This document shows positions 63,807-64,000 of a stretch of 64,000 bases of DNA, piece after piece. The stretch is from a virus. The stretch spans positions 7,183 to 71,182 of IMG/VR virus record IMGVR_UViG_3300008952_002707. One strand, 5' to 3'. The translations under genes were made by a program, and so were the position numbers. Position 1 is the first letter of the stretch, and each line of letters opens with the position of its first letter. Below the pieces are notes generated by a model, which had not been told where the DNA came from, made no database searches, and was given only the letters and a program-made list of their open reading frames with translations.

Positions 63807-64000
63807 GTGTATAAGATCGCGCATATTGCGGACACGCATATAAAAAATTTAAAGTTTCATTACGAGTATAAGATTGTTTTTGAGCAATTATACGAAACAC
63901 TACGAAAAGAAAACGTAGACTACATCGTACACTGCGGCGACATCGCCCACACCAAGACACAGATTTCACCAGAGTTCGTTGAGCTTTGCTCCGACTTCTT
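63807..64000 (+). CDS. Mre11/SbcD (T4 gp47-like) recombination nuclease, 5' partial; not in the ORF track
   Basis: GTG start gives MYKIAHIADTHIKNLKFHYEY...IVHCGDIAH (DxH and GD metallophosphoesterase motifs); open to the window end. Confidence 0.88.
   Translation, partial: MYKIAHIADTHIKNLKFHYEYKIVFEQLYETLRKENVDYIVHCGDIAHTKTQISPEFVELCSDF

Larger units (their letters stand above)
1..64000 (+). mobile_element. Segment of a large myophage (T4-like/jumbo) genome
   Basis: All credible genes are on + with overlapping or abutting starts and stops. Contains baseplate gp25/gp6-like genes, a phage sigma factor, PhoH, RuvC, primase and a gp47-like nuclease; no cellular housekeeping operons. Confidence 0.93.

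Noticed and set aside
683-63969. Numerous short minus-strand and nested plus-strand ORFs in the track
   Set aside because: All overlap well-supported plus-strand genes and show no recognisable motifs; treated as shadow ORFs.
1-64000. Alternative genetic code (stop-codon recoding)
   Set aside because: Genes are intact in code 11; TAG (58752, 62614), TGA and TAA all end genes at sensible boundaries.

Overview
This window is a densely packed, entirely plus-strand segment of a large T4-like or jumbo myophage genome, read in the standard genetic code (TAA, TGA and TAG all act as stops). It has four blocks. (1) 30-2989: PIN-PhoH, a zincin metallopeptidase and a Cas4-like nuclease. (2) 2999-25880: a ~23 kb glycan-biosynthesis island of 29 genes, with about 8 glycosyltransferase-like genes, an ADP-heptose module (hldD/hldC/hldA), rmlA/rmlB, two DegT aminotransferases, a B12 radical SAM enzyme, and an odd Maf/HAD/GAPDH-like/CMP-synthetase/FAH/2-hydroxyacid-dehydrogenase sub-cassette. 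(3) 26651-61164: a phage sigma factor followed by a contractile-tail baseplate module (M15B peptidase hub, spike, gp25, gp6, a 3914-aa multi-LamG protein, paralogous structural proteins). (4) 61177-64000: RuvC-like resolvase, primase, three small proteins sharing an MKITKQRLKEIIKEEL-type leader, and the start of an Mre11/gp47 nuclease behind a sigma70 promoter. The best candidate for an undescribed system is phage-encoded virion glycosylation: specific tail proteins are strongly enriched in an [S/T]-[G/A/S]-S tripeptide that may be the acceptor sequon for the adjacent glycan island. Two further candidates are a NeuB-independent CMP-ulosonate pathway and a shared N-terminal capsid-targeting leader. 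All calls come from reading motifs by eye; no database searches were run.
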